This document shows positions 1 through 10,730 of a DNA stretch of 64,000 bases, piece after piece. The notes under the pieces were generated by a model that was not told where the DNA came from, searched no databases, and saw only the letters and a program-made list of their open reading frames with translations. Each line of letters begins with the position of its first letter. Within the stretch, counting starts at the first letter, position 1. Where the stretch lies: NCBI GenBank assembly GCA_902599555.1, contig CACKFQ010000003.1, forward strand, positions 607-64,606. Direction: 5' to 3'. The position numbers were made by a program, and so were the translations under genes. This stretch comes from an uncultured Candidatus Actinomarina sp. GTDB taxonomy: Bacteria > Actinomycetota > Acidimicrobiia > Actinomarinales > Actinomarinaceae.

Positions 1-639
1 TGCAACTAATGTTATAGAGCCACCTAAAGTGTCTTTTTTCTTTCTTGCCTTTAAAATTTCATCTATCATTAATTCACTTGTTTCCTTATCTGGACAGGAC
101 ACTTCAGATTCATCAACAAGTTTTTTAATTTGTTCTATGTCTTCTAAATTAATATTTTCTAACTTTTGCTCACCAATGGACGAAACATAGCCAACAACTT
201 CAACTCCAAGTTGATTTAAAATTTGATGACAGATAGCTCCAATTGCACATCTAATTGCAGTTTCACGAGCACTTGCTCTTTCAAGTGAAAGCCTTATATC
301 ATCATGTTGATACTTAAATGTCCCGACTAAGTCAGCATGTCCTGGACGAGGAACTACGAAAGGTTCTATTTCTTTATCCTTCCAATTTTTCCAGTCTTTA
401 TTGATTATCTTTATTGCTATCGGACCACCTGTTGATAAATTATTAATGACACCAGATGTAACTAAAACCTCATCTTTTTCAATATTCATTCTTCCGCCAG
501 AACCTAAAGATTTTTGCCTTCTTGCTAGAAACTCGTCGATATAATTTTTACTTACTTCAAAATTTGATGGAATGCCTTCTATAATTGCTGTTAATTCTGG
601 TCCATGACTCTCACCAGCAGTCAAATATTTAATTTTCAT
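1..639 (-). CDS. aroC: chorismate synthase (N-terminal part; gene runs off the window start)
   Basis: Not in the ORF track because it is truncated by the window edge. The reverse complement from ATG 639-637 reads MKIKYLTAGESHGPELTAIIEGIPS...FVVPRPGHADLVGTFKYQHD, the chorismate synthase N-terminal signature. The start overlaps the aroE stop by 11 nt. Confidence 0.9.
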   Translation of the reverse strand, partial: MKIKYLTAGESHGPELTAIIEGIPSNFEVSKNYIDEFLARRQKSLGSGGRMNIEKDEVLVTSGVINNLSTGGPIAIKIINKDWKNWKDKEIEPFVVPRPGHADLVGTFKYQHDDIRLSLERASARETAIRCAIGAICHQILNQLGVEVVGYVSSIGEQKLENINLEDIEQIKKLVDESEVSCPDKETSELMIDEILKARKKKDTLGGSITLVA

Positions 640-1444
640 GATCTATCCTTTCTAAAATTTCCTTGTAAGCTTCGTTAAATTTAATACTTTGTCCTGTCCA
701 TATGTTAAACGATGAAATTGCTTGAGCAATTAACATTATTGTTCCATCAATGGATGTTACATTTTTAGGAAGTTCACTTGTTAATTTCTTTGATACGCCA
801 TATCCAAAGTTATAGAACAATTCTAATTTTGAGAAATTTAGAAGACTCATTGGAAGTTTTTCGTTTTCATATGGTGGCATTCCCAGTGGCGTAGTATTTA
901 TAATGACCTCAATATCACCAGCAATCTCATTGAGATCTGAATAAGTTAAGTCTCCATCCTTTTTATTTCTAGACACTATGTAAACCTTATTATTTTCTGA
1001 TAACGTATACTGTGCAGTCTGAGCACTTCCTCCACTGCCAAGAATAAGAACATGTTTGTCGTTAATATCAAAATTTAAAAATTCAAAAGTTTGATTAATA
1101 CCATCCACATCTGTGTTTGATAATGAAACAATATTGTCATCTACTTTTACGGTATTTACAGCTTTAATATTATCAACTGCTAATGACCTCGAAACATTTT
1201 TTAAATCTTTAGATAAGTTATAAATGTTTTCTTTATGAGGAATTGTTATGTTATAACCATCAAAATTATTATTTAAACTTTCAAAGATATCTAAAGTAAA
1301 ATTTTCAATTGGTAATTTTTTATAAGTAATATCAACATTAGAAATCTCCGAGAGAGTTTGATGTATATTTGGAGAAAATGTCTTTATTAATGGCCAACCT
1401 ATTATCCCTAATCTAATTGTCATAATTTGCTCCAATTTTTTCAA
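629..1444 (-). CDS. aroE: shikimate 5-dehydrogenase
   Basis: 271-aa ORF with GIIGWPL..SPNIH, NITIPHK and GSGGSA (Rossmann) motifs. The true start may be the internal ATG at 1423 (MTIRLGIIG...). Confidence 0.9.
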   Translation of the reverse strand: MKKLEQIMTIRLGIIGWPLIKTFSPNIHQTLSEISNVDITYKKLPIENFTLDIFESLNNNFDGYNITIPHKENIYNLSKDLKNVSRSLAVDNIKAVNTVKVDDNIVSLSNTDVDGINQTFEFLNFDINDKHVLILGSGGSAQTAQYTLSENNKVYIVSRNKKDGDLTYSDLNEIAGDIEVIINTTPLGMPPYENEKLPMSLLNFSKLELFYNFGYGVSKKLTSELPKNVTSIDGTIMLIAQAISSFNIWTGQSIKFNEAYKEILERIDHEN

Positions 1445-2681
1445 GATCTGAAAAAAAACTAGGGTATGAATCTGAAATACAATTTATGTTATCTGGTTTA
1501 ATTCCTTCATTAATTGCTAGGTTTGCAATTACACCAGTCATAGCTATTCTATGGTCCTCAAAAGTTTTAATTTGTCCTGATTTGAGTTTTTGAGGACCTT
1601 TAACTTTAAACCCATCAGGGTTAACCTCTATTTCTCCATCAAGAGTTTTAATAAATTTTTCCATAGATTCTATACGGTCTGATTCTTTTAGTCTCAACTC
1701 ACCTGCACCACTAACGGTAGTTACTCCCTTTGCTTGAGTTGCCAAAAGGGTAAATATTGGAAATTCATCTACCATGTCAGATACGTCTTCTTTACTAACC
1801 TTGATAGCAGAGAGGTTGGATTTTGAAACATGTATATCTCCTACTGATTCATTATTTTTGACTTCTAAATTTTCGATTGATATTTTTGCGTTCATTCTCT
1901 TTAATATCTTGAGGAAACCAATTCTTCTCTCATTAAGTAAAACATCTTTGATGATTAATTTTTTACTTTTCATTAGCCCAAGTGCTATCAAAAAAGCTGC
2001 TGAAGAAGGATCTCCAGGAACAATATAATCCATACTTCTAAGGCTTTGTACAGGCTCTATTGTTATAGAATTACCAAGTCTTACTGTATTTACTCCCATT
2101 AAATTTAACATTCGTTCAGTGTGATCTCTTGTTGGCAACTCTTCAGTAACAGTCGTAGGAAATTCATCATGATATAGTGATGCAAGAAGAAATCCACTTT
2201 TAACTTGTGCACTTGGTTTGTCTGAATGAATGCTTTCAAATTTATAATCTTTTGGTTCAAAATTAATTGGTAATTTACCATTCGAATCTTTTATACCAGC
2301 ACCCTTTTCATTGAGCGGCTTAACTACTCTCTTCATTGGGCGATTGATTAATTGAGGACTACCAGTTAATTCAGTGCTGAAATTTTGTTTTGACAGTAGA
2401 CCTATAAGAAGCCTTGCGGTTGTGCCAGAATTTACTGCATCAAGTGAATTATTAGGTTGTTTTAAGCCACGTAACCCTACTCCGTGAATCTCAACTTCAC
2501 TGTTGTTTGTTTCATTTATTTCTACACCTAATTGTCTAAAAATCTGTATCGTGGCTTTAGTATCTCCTGACAATAAAATATTTTTGATTCTTGAAACTCC
2601 AGTTGCTAAAGAGCAGAGAATTACTGCTCGATGAGAAAGAGATTTGTCACCAATAATACTCAAAGTACCTTGAATTTTCAC
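1413..2681 (-). CDS. aroA: 3-phosphoshikimate 1-carboxyvinyltransferase (EPSP synthase)
   Basis: 422-aa ORF with GDKSLSHRA, NSGTTARLL and DHRIAM motifs. Confidence 0.95.
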   Translation of the reverse strand: MKIQGTLSIIGDKSLSHRAVILCSLATGVSRIKNILLSGDTKATIQIFRQLGVEINETNNSEVEIHGVGLRGLKQPNNSLDAVNSGTTARLLIGLLSKQNFSTELTGSPQLINRPMKRVVKPLNEKGAGIKDSNGKLPINFEPKDYKFESIHSDKPSAQVKSGFLLASLYHDEFPTTVTEELPTRDHTERMLNLMGVNTVRLGNSITIEPVQSLRSMDYIVPGDPSSAAFLIALGLMKSKKLIIKDVLLNERRIGFLKILKRMNAKISIENLEVKNNESVGDIHVSKSNLSAIKVSKEDVSDMVDEFPIFTLLATQAKGVTTVSGAGELRLKESDRIESMEKFIKTLDGEIEVNPDGFKVKGPQKLKSGQIKTFEDHRIAMTGVIANLAINEGIKPDNINCISDSYPSFFSDLEKIGANYDN

Positions 2682-3517
2682 TATGTGAGGTCTCTTTCTC
2701 CAAATTTGTCTGCTAACGCCCTACGCCAATCAACAGTATCTGACAAATAATCTAACATAATTTTTTCGTCATTAATTTTTTGAATTTTTTCAAGTTCTGA
2801 TATTAATTTATCAATTAAATCTTTGACATTGTCAACATTTGTTAAGTACATATCAGAAATCATATTTGGTGAAGTCCTAGATAGACGAGTAGCTCCATCA
2901 AAACCCCCGGAAGCTAAATTTATCAATTCGTTTAAATCTTGTTCTTTCATAGCAAGCGACACTAAGGCTGAACTTAGAATATGCGGCAAGTGACTTGTCA
3001 ATGAAATTAACTCGTCGTGTTTAGATTGATCAATCCATATCTCTTTAGATTTAATAGCTCGTACAAATTCTGAAACTATTGCTTTGCTTTGTTCATCTGT
3101 TGACTTTGTTTCACATAGCAAAAATGGTGCACCTTCATACATTTCAGGAGTCGGCACCCATGTACTATTATCAGCAACACCACATAATGGATGTCCACCT
3201 ATTGAAGGAATGGTAGATGTATCCATTTTTTTACATATAAGCTCTTTTGTACCTCCCAGGTCAACAATAGCTTTTGTTTTCAGAGATAATGGTGAATCAA
3301 AATAGTTGATAATTTCATTTATAGGTGTAGCCAAAACGGTAAGATCATAATCTATTGATTCTTTATGATCCAGCGAAAGAGCACCGAGCTCTTTTGCACG
3401 CCCTACATTTTTTTCTGAAATATCAGATCCACTTACTTTAATGCCACTATTAACCAACTTGATTCCCAAATTAGTTCCCATTAAACCAAGACCAATAATA
3501 TGAACTTTATTTAGCAT
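2681..3517 (-). CDS. tyrA: prephenate/arogenate dehydrogenase
   Basis: 278 aa with an N-terminal IIGLGLMGTNLG Rossmann motif and an HPLCG catalytic-His motif. Sits in a shikimate-pathway context. Confidence 0.85.
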   Translation of the reverse strand: MLNKVHIIGLGLMGTNLGIKLVNSGIKVSGSDISEKNVGRAKELGALSLDHKESIDYDLTVLATPINEIINYFDSPLSLKTKAIVDLGGTKELICKKMDTSTIPSIGGHPLCGVADNSTWVPTPEMYEGAPFLLCETKSTDEQSKAIVSEFVRAIKSKEIWIDQSKHDELISLTSHLPHILSSALVSLAMKEQDLNELINLASGGFDGATRLSRTSPNMISDMYLTNVDNVKDLIDKLISELEKIQKINDEKIMLDYLSDTVDWRRALADKFGERDLT

Positions 3518-4530
3518 TAAAGTGACCTTCCGACCGCCTTTGCGACAATCGATGCTTTGCTTATCAAAGTTTCTAATTCGCTAGGTAGTAACGCTTGTGG
3601 GCCATCACATAAAGCTTCTTCCGGCCTTGGGTGAATTTCAATTAATAACCCATCAGCCCCAGCAGCTATAGCTGCTAACGCAACTGGTTCAACTAAAGTA
3701 TTATCACCTGTCGCATGACTAGGATCAGCAATTACAGGTAAATGACTGTTCTGCTTCAAAAAAGGAATAGCATTTATATCAAATGTATTCCTTGTGGCTG
3801 TCTCATATGTTCTAATCCCTCTTTCACACAACATAACATTCTCATTTCCTCTAGATAAGATGTATTCACTTGCAAGTAATAACTCATCCAATGTTGCAGA
3901 CATTCCTCGTTTTAACAAAACAGGAAGCTCTGATTCACCAACAGCTTCGAGGAGTTTGAAATTCTGCATGTTTCTTGCACCAATTTGTAGAACATCTACA
4001 TATTTTTCCATCATTGATAAATGTTGCGCATCCATTATTTCACTAAAGAGAGGTAATGAAGTTATTTCGGAGGCCTCCTTTAGCATTTTTAATCCATCTT
4101 CACCCAATCCCTGGAAACTATATGGAGAAGTTCTTGGCTTAAATGCACCACCTCTCAAACCATTTGATCCTGCATCCTTTGCAGCCATTGCAGTTTCAAT
4201 TGTTTGTTCCTGTGTCTCCGCACTGTCTGGGCCAGCAATAATTGCGATTTCATCACCACCAATGGTTAGGTTTTGTACTTGAATAATGGAATTTTTCTTT
4301 TTGTAGTTTTTGCTCGCAAGTTTATATGGTTTTCCTACTGGAATAACTCGACTCACATTTGGTAAAAGCTTCATCACGGCTCGGTGATCATCATTCACTT
4401 TTCCACTAACTGCCACAACACTTCTTTCAACACCGTTGATAACAAGTGGTTCATGTCCTTGCTGTATGGCTTTTTCTTTTACTTTTTCAATATCTTCATC
4501 AGTATGAGACTGCTTCATTACTACTATCAA
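3517..4530 (-). CDS. aroF: 3-deoxy-7-phosphoheptulonate (DAHP) synthase, type I-beta, with N-terminal ferredoxin-like regulatory domain
   Basis: 337 aa. TTG start lies 4 nt after AGGAGG. The N-terminus MIVVMK... matches the Thermotoga-type DAH7PS N-terminus as I recall it. Core motifs IAGPDS, RGGAFKPRTSPYSFQGLG, LQIGARNMQNF and KRG are present. Confidence 0.93.
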   Translation of the reverse strand: MIVVMKQSHTDEDIEKVKEKAIQQGHEPLVINGVERSVVAVSGKVNDDHRAVMKLLPNVSRVIPVGKPYKLASKNYKKKNSIIQVQNLTIGGDEIAIIAGPDSAETQEQTIETAMAAKDAGSNGLRGGAFKPRTSPYSFQGLGEDGLKMLKEASEITSLPLFSEIMDAQHLSMMEKYVDVLQIGARNMQNFKLLEAVGESELPVLLKRGMSATLDELLLASEYILSRGNENVMLCERGIRTYETATRNTFDINAIPFLKQNSHLPVIADPSHATGDNTLVEPVALAAIAAGADGLLIEIHPRPEEALCDGPQALLPSELETLISKASIVAKAVGRSL

Positions 4531-4541
4531 TTTTCCTCCTC

Positions 4542-4572
4542 AAAATAAAAAAATCGGGCTTTTGCCCGATTT
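4542..4572 (-). terminator. intrinsic terminator, proposed attenuator terminator of the DAHP-synthase operon leader
   Basis: On the minus strand AAAUCGGGC (4572-4564), loop AAAA, GCCCGAUUU (4559-4551), then UUUUAUUUU. It runs directly into AGGAGG (4540-4535), so no promoter can fit between the terminator and the gene. Confidence 0.75.
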
Positions 4573-4595
4573 CACACAACGTACTTTAGGGCAAC

Positions 4596-4640
4596 CTATA
4601 TGTGCTCTCTAAAGTAAAAGTATGTGTTATTTAATTTCAT
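4596..4640 (-). CDS. candidate leader peptide MKLNNTYFYFREHI (Tyr-Phe-Tyr-Phe sensor)
   Basis: ATG AAA TTA AAT AAC ACA TAC TTT TAC TTT AGA GAG CAC ATA TAG, read directly from the sequence. The aromatic codons overlap segment 1 of the alternative hairpins upstream of the terminator. There is no SD, but TAACAT lies 8 nt upstream. Confidence 0.6.
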   Translation of the reverse strand: MKLNNTYFYFREHI

Positions 4641-4683
4641 TAACAAGTATGTTAGCAGACTATATAGCTTTGCAAATAAATTT

Positions 4684-5028
4684 TTATCTATCAGGTCTTA
4701 ACTTTTTTGCATCGTCTAAATAGACATGATTAATTACTTCTAAATCTTTATTTATGTAGATCAATATGCGAATGCACCCTGAAAGGTCACTATTTATATT
4801 TGGTGCAAGAGTATCTATAGCGGCAATAGATGTCATTCCAAGCTCTCTAAATGCTTTTGCTGGAAAAGCTTCAGTAATGTCATTAGTTACTGTAAAAATA
4901 ACAAATTCAATATCATTTTCAGTTATTGCATTATTAATTAGAATTTCATTAATAAGTTTTTTTGAAGAAGACATAATGCTTTCTTCATTGTTTTTTACAA
5001 CTGCAATTGCTCCACGTATGCTTTTCAT
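4684..5028 (-). CDS. aroH: chorismate mutase, AroH (monofunctional) type
   Basis: 114 aa. The pattern IRGA...(E)AFPAKAFREL...CIRILI...HVYL....LRPD matches the B. subtilis AroH layout and size. Confidence 0.88.
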   Translation of the reverse strand: MKSIRGAIAVVKNNEESIMSSSKKLINEILINNAITENDIEFVIFTVTNDITEAFPAKAFRELGMTSIAAIDTLAPNINSDLSGCIRILIYINKDLEVINHVYLDDAKKLRPDR

Positions 5029-5046
5029 AATATTTGTTTACTATAT

Positions 5047-5077
5047 AAAAAGAGTGGACTGATGTCCACTCTTTTTT
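5047..5077 (-). terminator. intrinsic terminator downstream of groEL (symmetric, A/T runs on both sides)
   Basis: 9-bp stem agagtggac (5051-5059) / gtccactct (5064-5072), 4-nt loop, flanked by an A-run and a T-run. Lies 20 nt after the groEL stop. Confidence 0.6.
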
Positions 5078-5097
5078 AATTCTTAGATATAAATTGA

Positions 5098-6738
<1,641 letters not shown>

Positions 6739-7032
6739 TTACTTACTTACTTTTGCAAGAATATCTCTACTTGAAAGAATAAGATACTCTGTGCCTTCAA
6801 CTTTAATTTCTGTACCACCATATTTTGAGTAAACGACTTTGTCGCCTTTTTCAACATCTGGTTTAATTTTTTCGCCACTATCATTTGGCTCTCCTGGACC
6901 AACTGCTACAACTTCACCCTCTTGTGGTTTTTCTTTCGCAGTATCAGGTATATAGATCCCTGATGGGGTCTTACTGTCTTCTTCTGACAAAGGTTTTACT
7001 ACAACTCTGTCTCCTAGTGGTTGAAGATTCAT
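6739..7032 (-). CDS. groES: co-chaperonin GroES
   Basis: 97 aa ([11 protein letters not shown]...[10 protein letters not shown]...), immediately upstream of groEL. Confidence 0.97.
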   Translation of the reverse strand: MNLQPLGDRVVVKPLSEEDSKTPSGIYIPDTAKEKPQEGEVVAVGPGEPNDSGEKIKPDVEKGDKVVYSKYGGTEIKVEGTEYLILSSRDILAKVSK

Positions 7033-7070
7033 ATATATTTACCTCCTAAATAAATATCTACATTGTGAAT

Positions 7071-7098
7071 TTAATACTGTCTTGTTTATATATGTAAA
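7071..7098 (-). promoter_or_regulatory. candidate sigma-70-type promoter for groES-groEL (TTTACA-N16-TATTAA)
   Basis: On the minus strand TTTACA (7098-7093), a 16-nt spacer, then TATTAA (7076-7071), about 40 nt upstream of the groES ATG. Hexamer match only, in AT-rich DNA. Confidence 0.3.
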
Positions 7099-7113
7099 TA
7101 AATTATTTAAAAA

Positions 7114-8115
7114 TTAAGCAATTATTGAGCTTAAACGGACATCATCAGCATTTATGTCATTTGTTATTAAATTATTTTGAGCAGCAACACAAATCATTGC
7201 AGCATTATCAGTAGATAACTTTGGTGTTGGTAAGTAGATATTAAGGTCATTATTTTCTGCAAAAATATTCATTTTTTCCCTGAGTCTTGAATTAGCCATC
7301 ACTCCTCCACCGCCAGAAATATTTTTAACACCCGTTTCATTAACTGCTTTAACAAAATTTGATAATAATGAATCAACAATAGCCTCTTGATAAGATGCAG
7401 CAAAGTCAGCTTTTGTTACTTTGTCATTTGGATCTAGATTGTTCAAAAAATTTGTTGCAGCAGTTTTTAAGCCTGAAAATGAATAGTTATACTCATGCTT
7501 TGTTTTTGGTCGGGGAAGCTCTATTTTGTTAGGATCTCCACCTTCACCTATTTTTTGAATAGCAGGACCTCCTGGAAAACCGAATCCACAAAACCTAGAT
7601 AATTTGTCAAAGGCTTCACCCGCTGCATCATCTATCGTTGTACCTAATAATTGGTAATTATCCCACTCTTCAACTAGTACAATTTGTGTATGGCCACCTG
7701 AAACTAAAAGTGTCATAAATGGTGGTTTCATTGTTCTATTTTCAATTAATGGTGCTGCCAAATGTCCTACCATATGGTCAACAGTTAGAAATGGTTTATC
7801 TATGGACCAAGCTACTGACTTAGCAAAATTATATCCTACTACAAGACTTCCAACGAGACCGGGGCCATCTGTAGTTGAAACTATATCAATATCTGAAATT
7901 TGTAAATTTGCACTATTTAATGACGCATGAAATATATTTCTTATCATCTCAGCATGTGCTCTTGATGCAACTTCAGGAACTACACCTCCAAATTTTTCAT
8001 GTATATCTACTTGTGATGAAATAGTATTTACTAACAATTCGTCACCTTTTAATATCGCAATAGCTGTTTCATCGCATGATGTTTCAAATCCAAGAATTAT
8101 TTGGTCGTCAAGCAT
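7114..8115 (-). CDS. tsaD: tRNA N6-adenosine threonylcarbamoyltransferase TsaD
   Basis: Kae1/Gcp family (ILGFETSCDETA..., GGH, GGGGV). The track ORF extends to 8151. I prefer ATG 8115 (MLDDQIILGFETSCDE), which overlaps the rimI stop by 8 nt. Confidence 0.92.
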   Translation of the reverse strand: MLDDQIILGFETSCDETAIAILKGDELLVNTISSQVDIHEKFGGVVPEVASRAHAEMIRNIFHASLNSANLQISDIDIVSTTDGPGLVGSLVVGYNFAKSVAWSIDKPFLTVDHMVGHLAAPLIENRTMKPPFMTLLVSGGHTQIVLVEEWDNYQLLGTTIDDAAGEAFDKLSRFCGFGFPGGPAIQKIGEGGDPNKIELPRPKTKHEYNYSFSGLKTAATNFLNNLDPNDKVTKADFAASYQEAIVDSLLSNFVKAVNETGVKNISGGGGVMANSRLREKMNIFAENNDLNIYLPTPKLSTDNAAMICVAAQNNLITNDINADDVRLSSIIA

Positions 8116-8551
8116 AAATTTTCTCCAAGTGAAATAAGTTAGCATCTTCATTTACATAATAATTTTTTCTAACACCATACTGTTTGAATCCAAAAGACTT
8201 ATACAAACTCATAGCTATATCATTCGACTGCCTGACTTCCAATAATATTTTGTTAAAATCAGATACCTCAAAATAAGAAATTAGCTCCTGTGTAAGTTTT
8301 TTTGCAATTGAATTATTTCTATGACTTTCCAAAACTCCGATTCCTAAAATATGAATATCAAAAAACGTTTTTTGAATTGCAAGATACCCAACAATTTGAT
8401 TGTCTTGTTCAAAAACCCAATATACAAACTCTCCATTATTAATTTTGTTGTTAATCACAACACTATCCCAAGCAGTCTCAAATAAACTTTTTTCTAATTT
8501 TGCTAACTTATCTGCTAATTCAATTGTTGATCTTTCAATTTTCTTAATCAT
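8108..8551 (-). CDS. rimI: GNAT N-acetyltransferase, RimI-like
   Basis: 147-aa GNAT-sized protein in the conserved tsaB-rimI-tsaD context. Confidence 0.8.
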   Translation of the reverse strand: MIKKIERSTIELADKLAKLEKSLFETAWDSVVINNKINNGEFVYWVFEQDNQIVGYLAIQKTFFDIHILGIGVLESHRNNSIAKKLTQELISYFEVSDFNKILLEVRQSNDIAMSLYKSFGFKQYGVRKNYYVNEDANLFHLEKIYA

Positions 8552-9248
8552 GGAAGTTAACCTTGCCTTCTAAACTTTTTGTTGAAAAGGATACGTCAGG
8601 TTCTCGCATATATTCAAGCCTGACTTCGTTAAAATTTGGAAAATCATTATTTTTAAATAATTCTTTTCCAATATTAAAAATATTTTCAGACGAGACATGT
8701 TCTGGAGAACCAAATTTAATATATGAATTTTCACCGAATAAATTTTCATTCAAGTTGTGCCAATCACCTACTACAAGTTTTTTATCATTATCTTCTTCTA
8801 ATTTAATCTTTAGTATTTCAGCATTTAGAACCTCAGGTTCAGAATCTCTAACAACTCCACCCGGTACTGGCTTATATAAACAAAAAGCGTATTCCTCTCT
8901 CTTAATATCAATAATTGTACAAATTTTTCTATGACCAGTGTGTGCTGCAAAAGCTAATGCGTCTAGTCCATTTACAGGTACCAATGGGATTCCTAGGCTG
9001 CCACATACTCCCTGTGCTACTGCTAAACCAATTCTTAGGCTTGTGTAATAACCAGGACCAATATCAAGATACACTACACTAATGTCGGACTTTTCTATTC
9101 TCGACTTCTTTGTTATTTCATCGATTGATTTCATCAATAAATTTGTAGTACCATTTTCTGATAAAACTGAGCTGGTAGAAATCAACTTATCATCGTGAAT
9201 GGCTACAGAAATATATTTGCCTGAAGTTGAAATGGATAAGCTATACAT
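8544..9248 (-). CDS. tsaB: t6A biosynthesis protein TsaB (YeaZ)
   Basis: 234 aa with the GPGYYTSLRIG motif (the GPGSFTGLRIG equivalent), plus context. Confidence 0.85.
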   Translation of the reverse strand: MYSLSISTSGKYISVAIHDDKLISTSSVLSENGTTNLLMKSIDEITKKSRIEKSDISVVYLDIGPGYYTSLRIGLAVAQGVCGSLGIPLVPVNGLDALAFAAHTGHRKICTIIDIKREEYAFCLYKPVPGGVVRDSEPEVLNAEILKIKLEEDNDKKLVVGDWHNLNENLFGENSYIKFGSPEHVSSENIFNIGKELFKNNDFPNFNEVRLEYMREPDVSFSTKSLEGKVNFHD

Positions 9249-9663
9249 TTATAAAAATCTCTCTAGTGTGTTCATCGACTACATTAATTTCAATCAAATC
9301 CATTATAGGAATATTTGCTTCAGCCATTAAATTTGCCCACTCAATTACTACTAAAGTATTTTCTTCATTTAATGGTAAATCTAAATCAATAAACTCGGAC
9401 CAACTACCAAGGCGATACAAATCTACATGGAATATTTTAATTTCGCCAACTTCATAATTTTTGACAATATTAAAAGTTGGAGAAGTAACAACATCATTGC
9501 ATCCAAAGAATTTTATAATTTTTTTTGCGATAGTAGTTTTACCCGCTCCTAGAGGACCTGACAATCCAATTATTTTTGGAAGAATTAAACTTTTTAAATA
9601 ACTGTCAAGAAAGCTATCTAAATCATCTTCTTTAATTAGATTACTCAACTTCAAATCTTTCAA
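9241..9663 (-). CDS. tsaE: t6A biosynthesis ATPase TsaE (YjeE)
   Basis: 140 aa with P-loop GPLGAGKTT and SPTF..V..Y motifs. Confidence 0.88.
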   Translation of the reverse strand: MKDLKLSNLIKEDDLDSFLDSYLKSLILPKIIGLSGPLGAGKTTIAKKIIKFFGCNDVVTSPTFNIVKNYEVGEIKIFHVDLYRLGSWSEFIDLDLPLNEENTLVVIEWANLMAEANIPIMDLIEINVVDEHTREIFINV

Positions 9664-10720
9664 GTCTTTTAGACATATTAGTCAAAATTTCCCACTCAAT
9701 TGTTTTATTCCACTGAGCTATGTCAGATACGGAAATATTCAATTTTCCGTCCATAGAATTGCCTAAAACAGTCACTTCATCGTCAATTTGAACATTTGCA
9801 TCCGTAACGTCAAATAATATTTGATCCATTGTGACCCGGCCAATTAAATTACAAAATTGATTATTTACAATGACTTTTCCATCAGGAAATGAATTCCAAG
9901 GATACCCATCACCATATCCAATAGGTGCAGTCGCAATAATTGAGTCTCTGGATAGTCTTTGAGCTTTTCCATAAGAAACTGCCTCACCTTTTTTTCTTAC
10001 TTGTAAATTAGAAATTCTTGTCTTGATTTCCATAGTTGGTATCAGATCGTTTTTATTTTCAACTGCTGTAATTTGAACACCATATGCAGCAATCCCAACT
10101 CTTGCCATATTAAAAGAATTATCTAGTTTGTATAAAGTTGATGCTGAGTTATCTACATGTAAAAGCATGTTGGTTGAATCTATATCTGAAATAGTCTTTT
10201 CAAATAATTCAATTGATTTTTTAGTCTCGGTTTCATCAGTATCCGCCATAGGAAAGTGAGTACATATTCCTATAAGATTTAAATCTGAGTCAACTATTTT
10301 TTTATATAAGTCATAAAACTTTTCTGGAGGACATCCTAATCTGTGCATTCCAGTATCAATTTTGAGATGAACGCTATATTCATCTCCTGTCTCAATCAAA
10401 GTATCAATAAAGCTCTCGTTGTATACAGTAAGATTAATATCATTTTCCTTTATATTTTCTAACTGACTTTTTGATGGCTCAGCAAGTAATAATACCCTTG
10501 ATTCTTCATATACTTTTTTAACTTGTATTCCTTCGTCAACAGAAGCAACAGCAAACCATTTAATACCAGATTCTTTTGCATTTTTTACGGCCCACTCCAG
10601 ACCATGGCCATAAGCATTTGCTTTGACAACTAAACAAAGCTCTTTTCTAGATAAATTTTTAAGTACTTCTAAATTATGAAGAAAACTTTTTTTATTTAGG
10701 TATATATACCCTCTATCCAT
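9641..10720 (-). CDS. alr: alanine racemase
   Basis: VVKANAYGHG PLP-lysine motif. The track ORF extends to 10789. ATG 10720 (MDRGYIYLNKKSF...) gives the usual ~31 aa before the PLP motif and avoids overlapping the small ORF upstream. Confidence 0.92.
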   Translation of the reverse strand: MDRGYIYLNKKSFLHNLEVLKNLSRKELCLVVKANAYGHGLEWAVKNAKESGIKWFAVASVDEGIQVKKVYEESRVLLLAEPSKSQLENIKENDINLTVYNESFIDTLIETGDEYSVHLKIDTGMHRLGCPPEKFYDLYKKIVDSDLNLIGICTHFPMADTDETETKKSIELFEKTISDIDSTNMLLHVDNSASTLYKLDNSFNMARVGIAAYGVQITAVENKNDLIPTMEIKTRISNLQVRKKGEAVSYGKAQRLSRDSIIATAPIGYGDGYPWNSFPDGKVIVNNQFCNLIGRVTMDQILFDVTDANVQIDDEVTVLGNSMDGKLNISVSDIAQWNKTIEWEILTNMSKRLERFEVE

Positions 10721-10730
10721 TTTTATTTTT

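Noticed and set aside
3794-4282. 162-aa plus-strand ORF antisense to the DAHP synthase gene
   Set aside because: It is an antisense frame of a conserved enzyme gene with low-complexity Ser/Pro/Ile composition and no independent signals.
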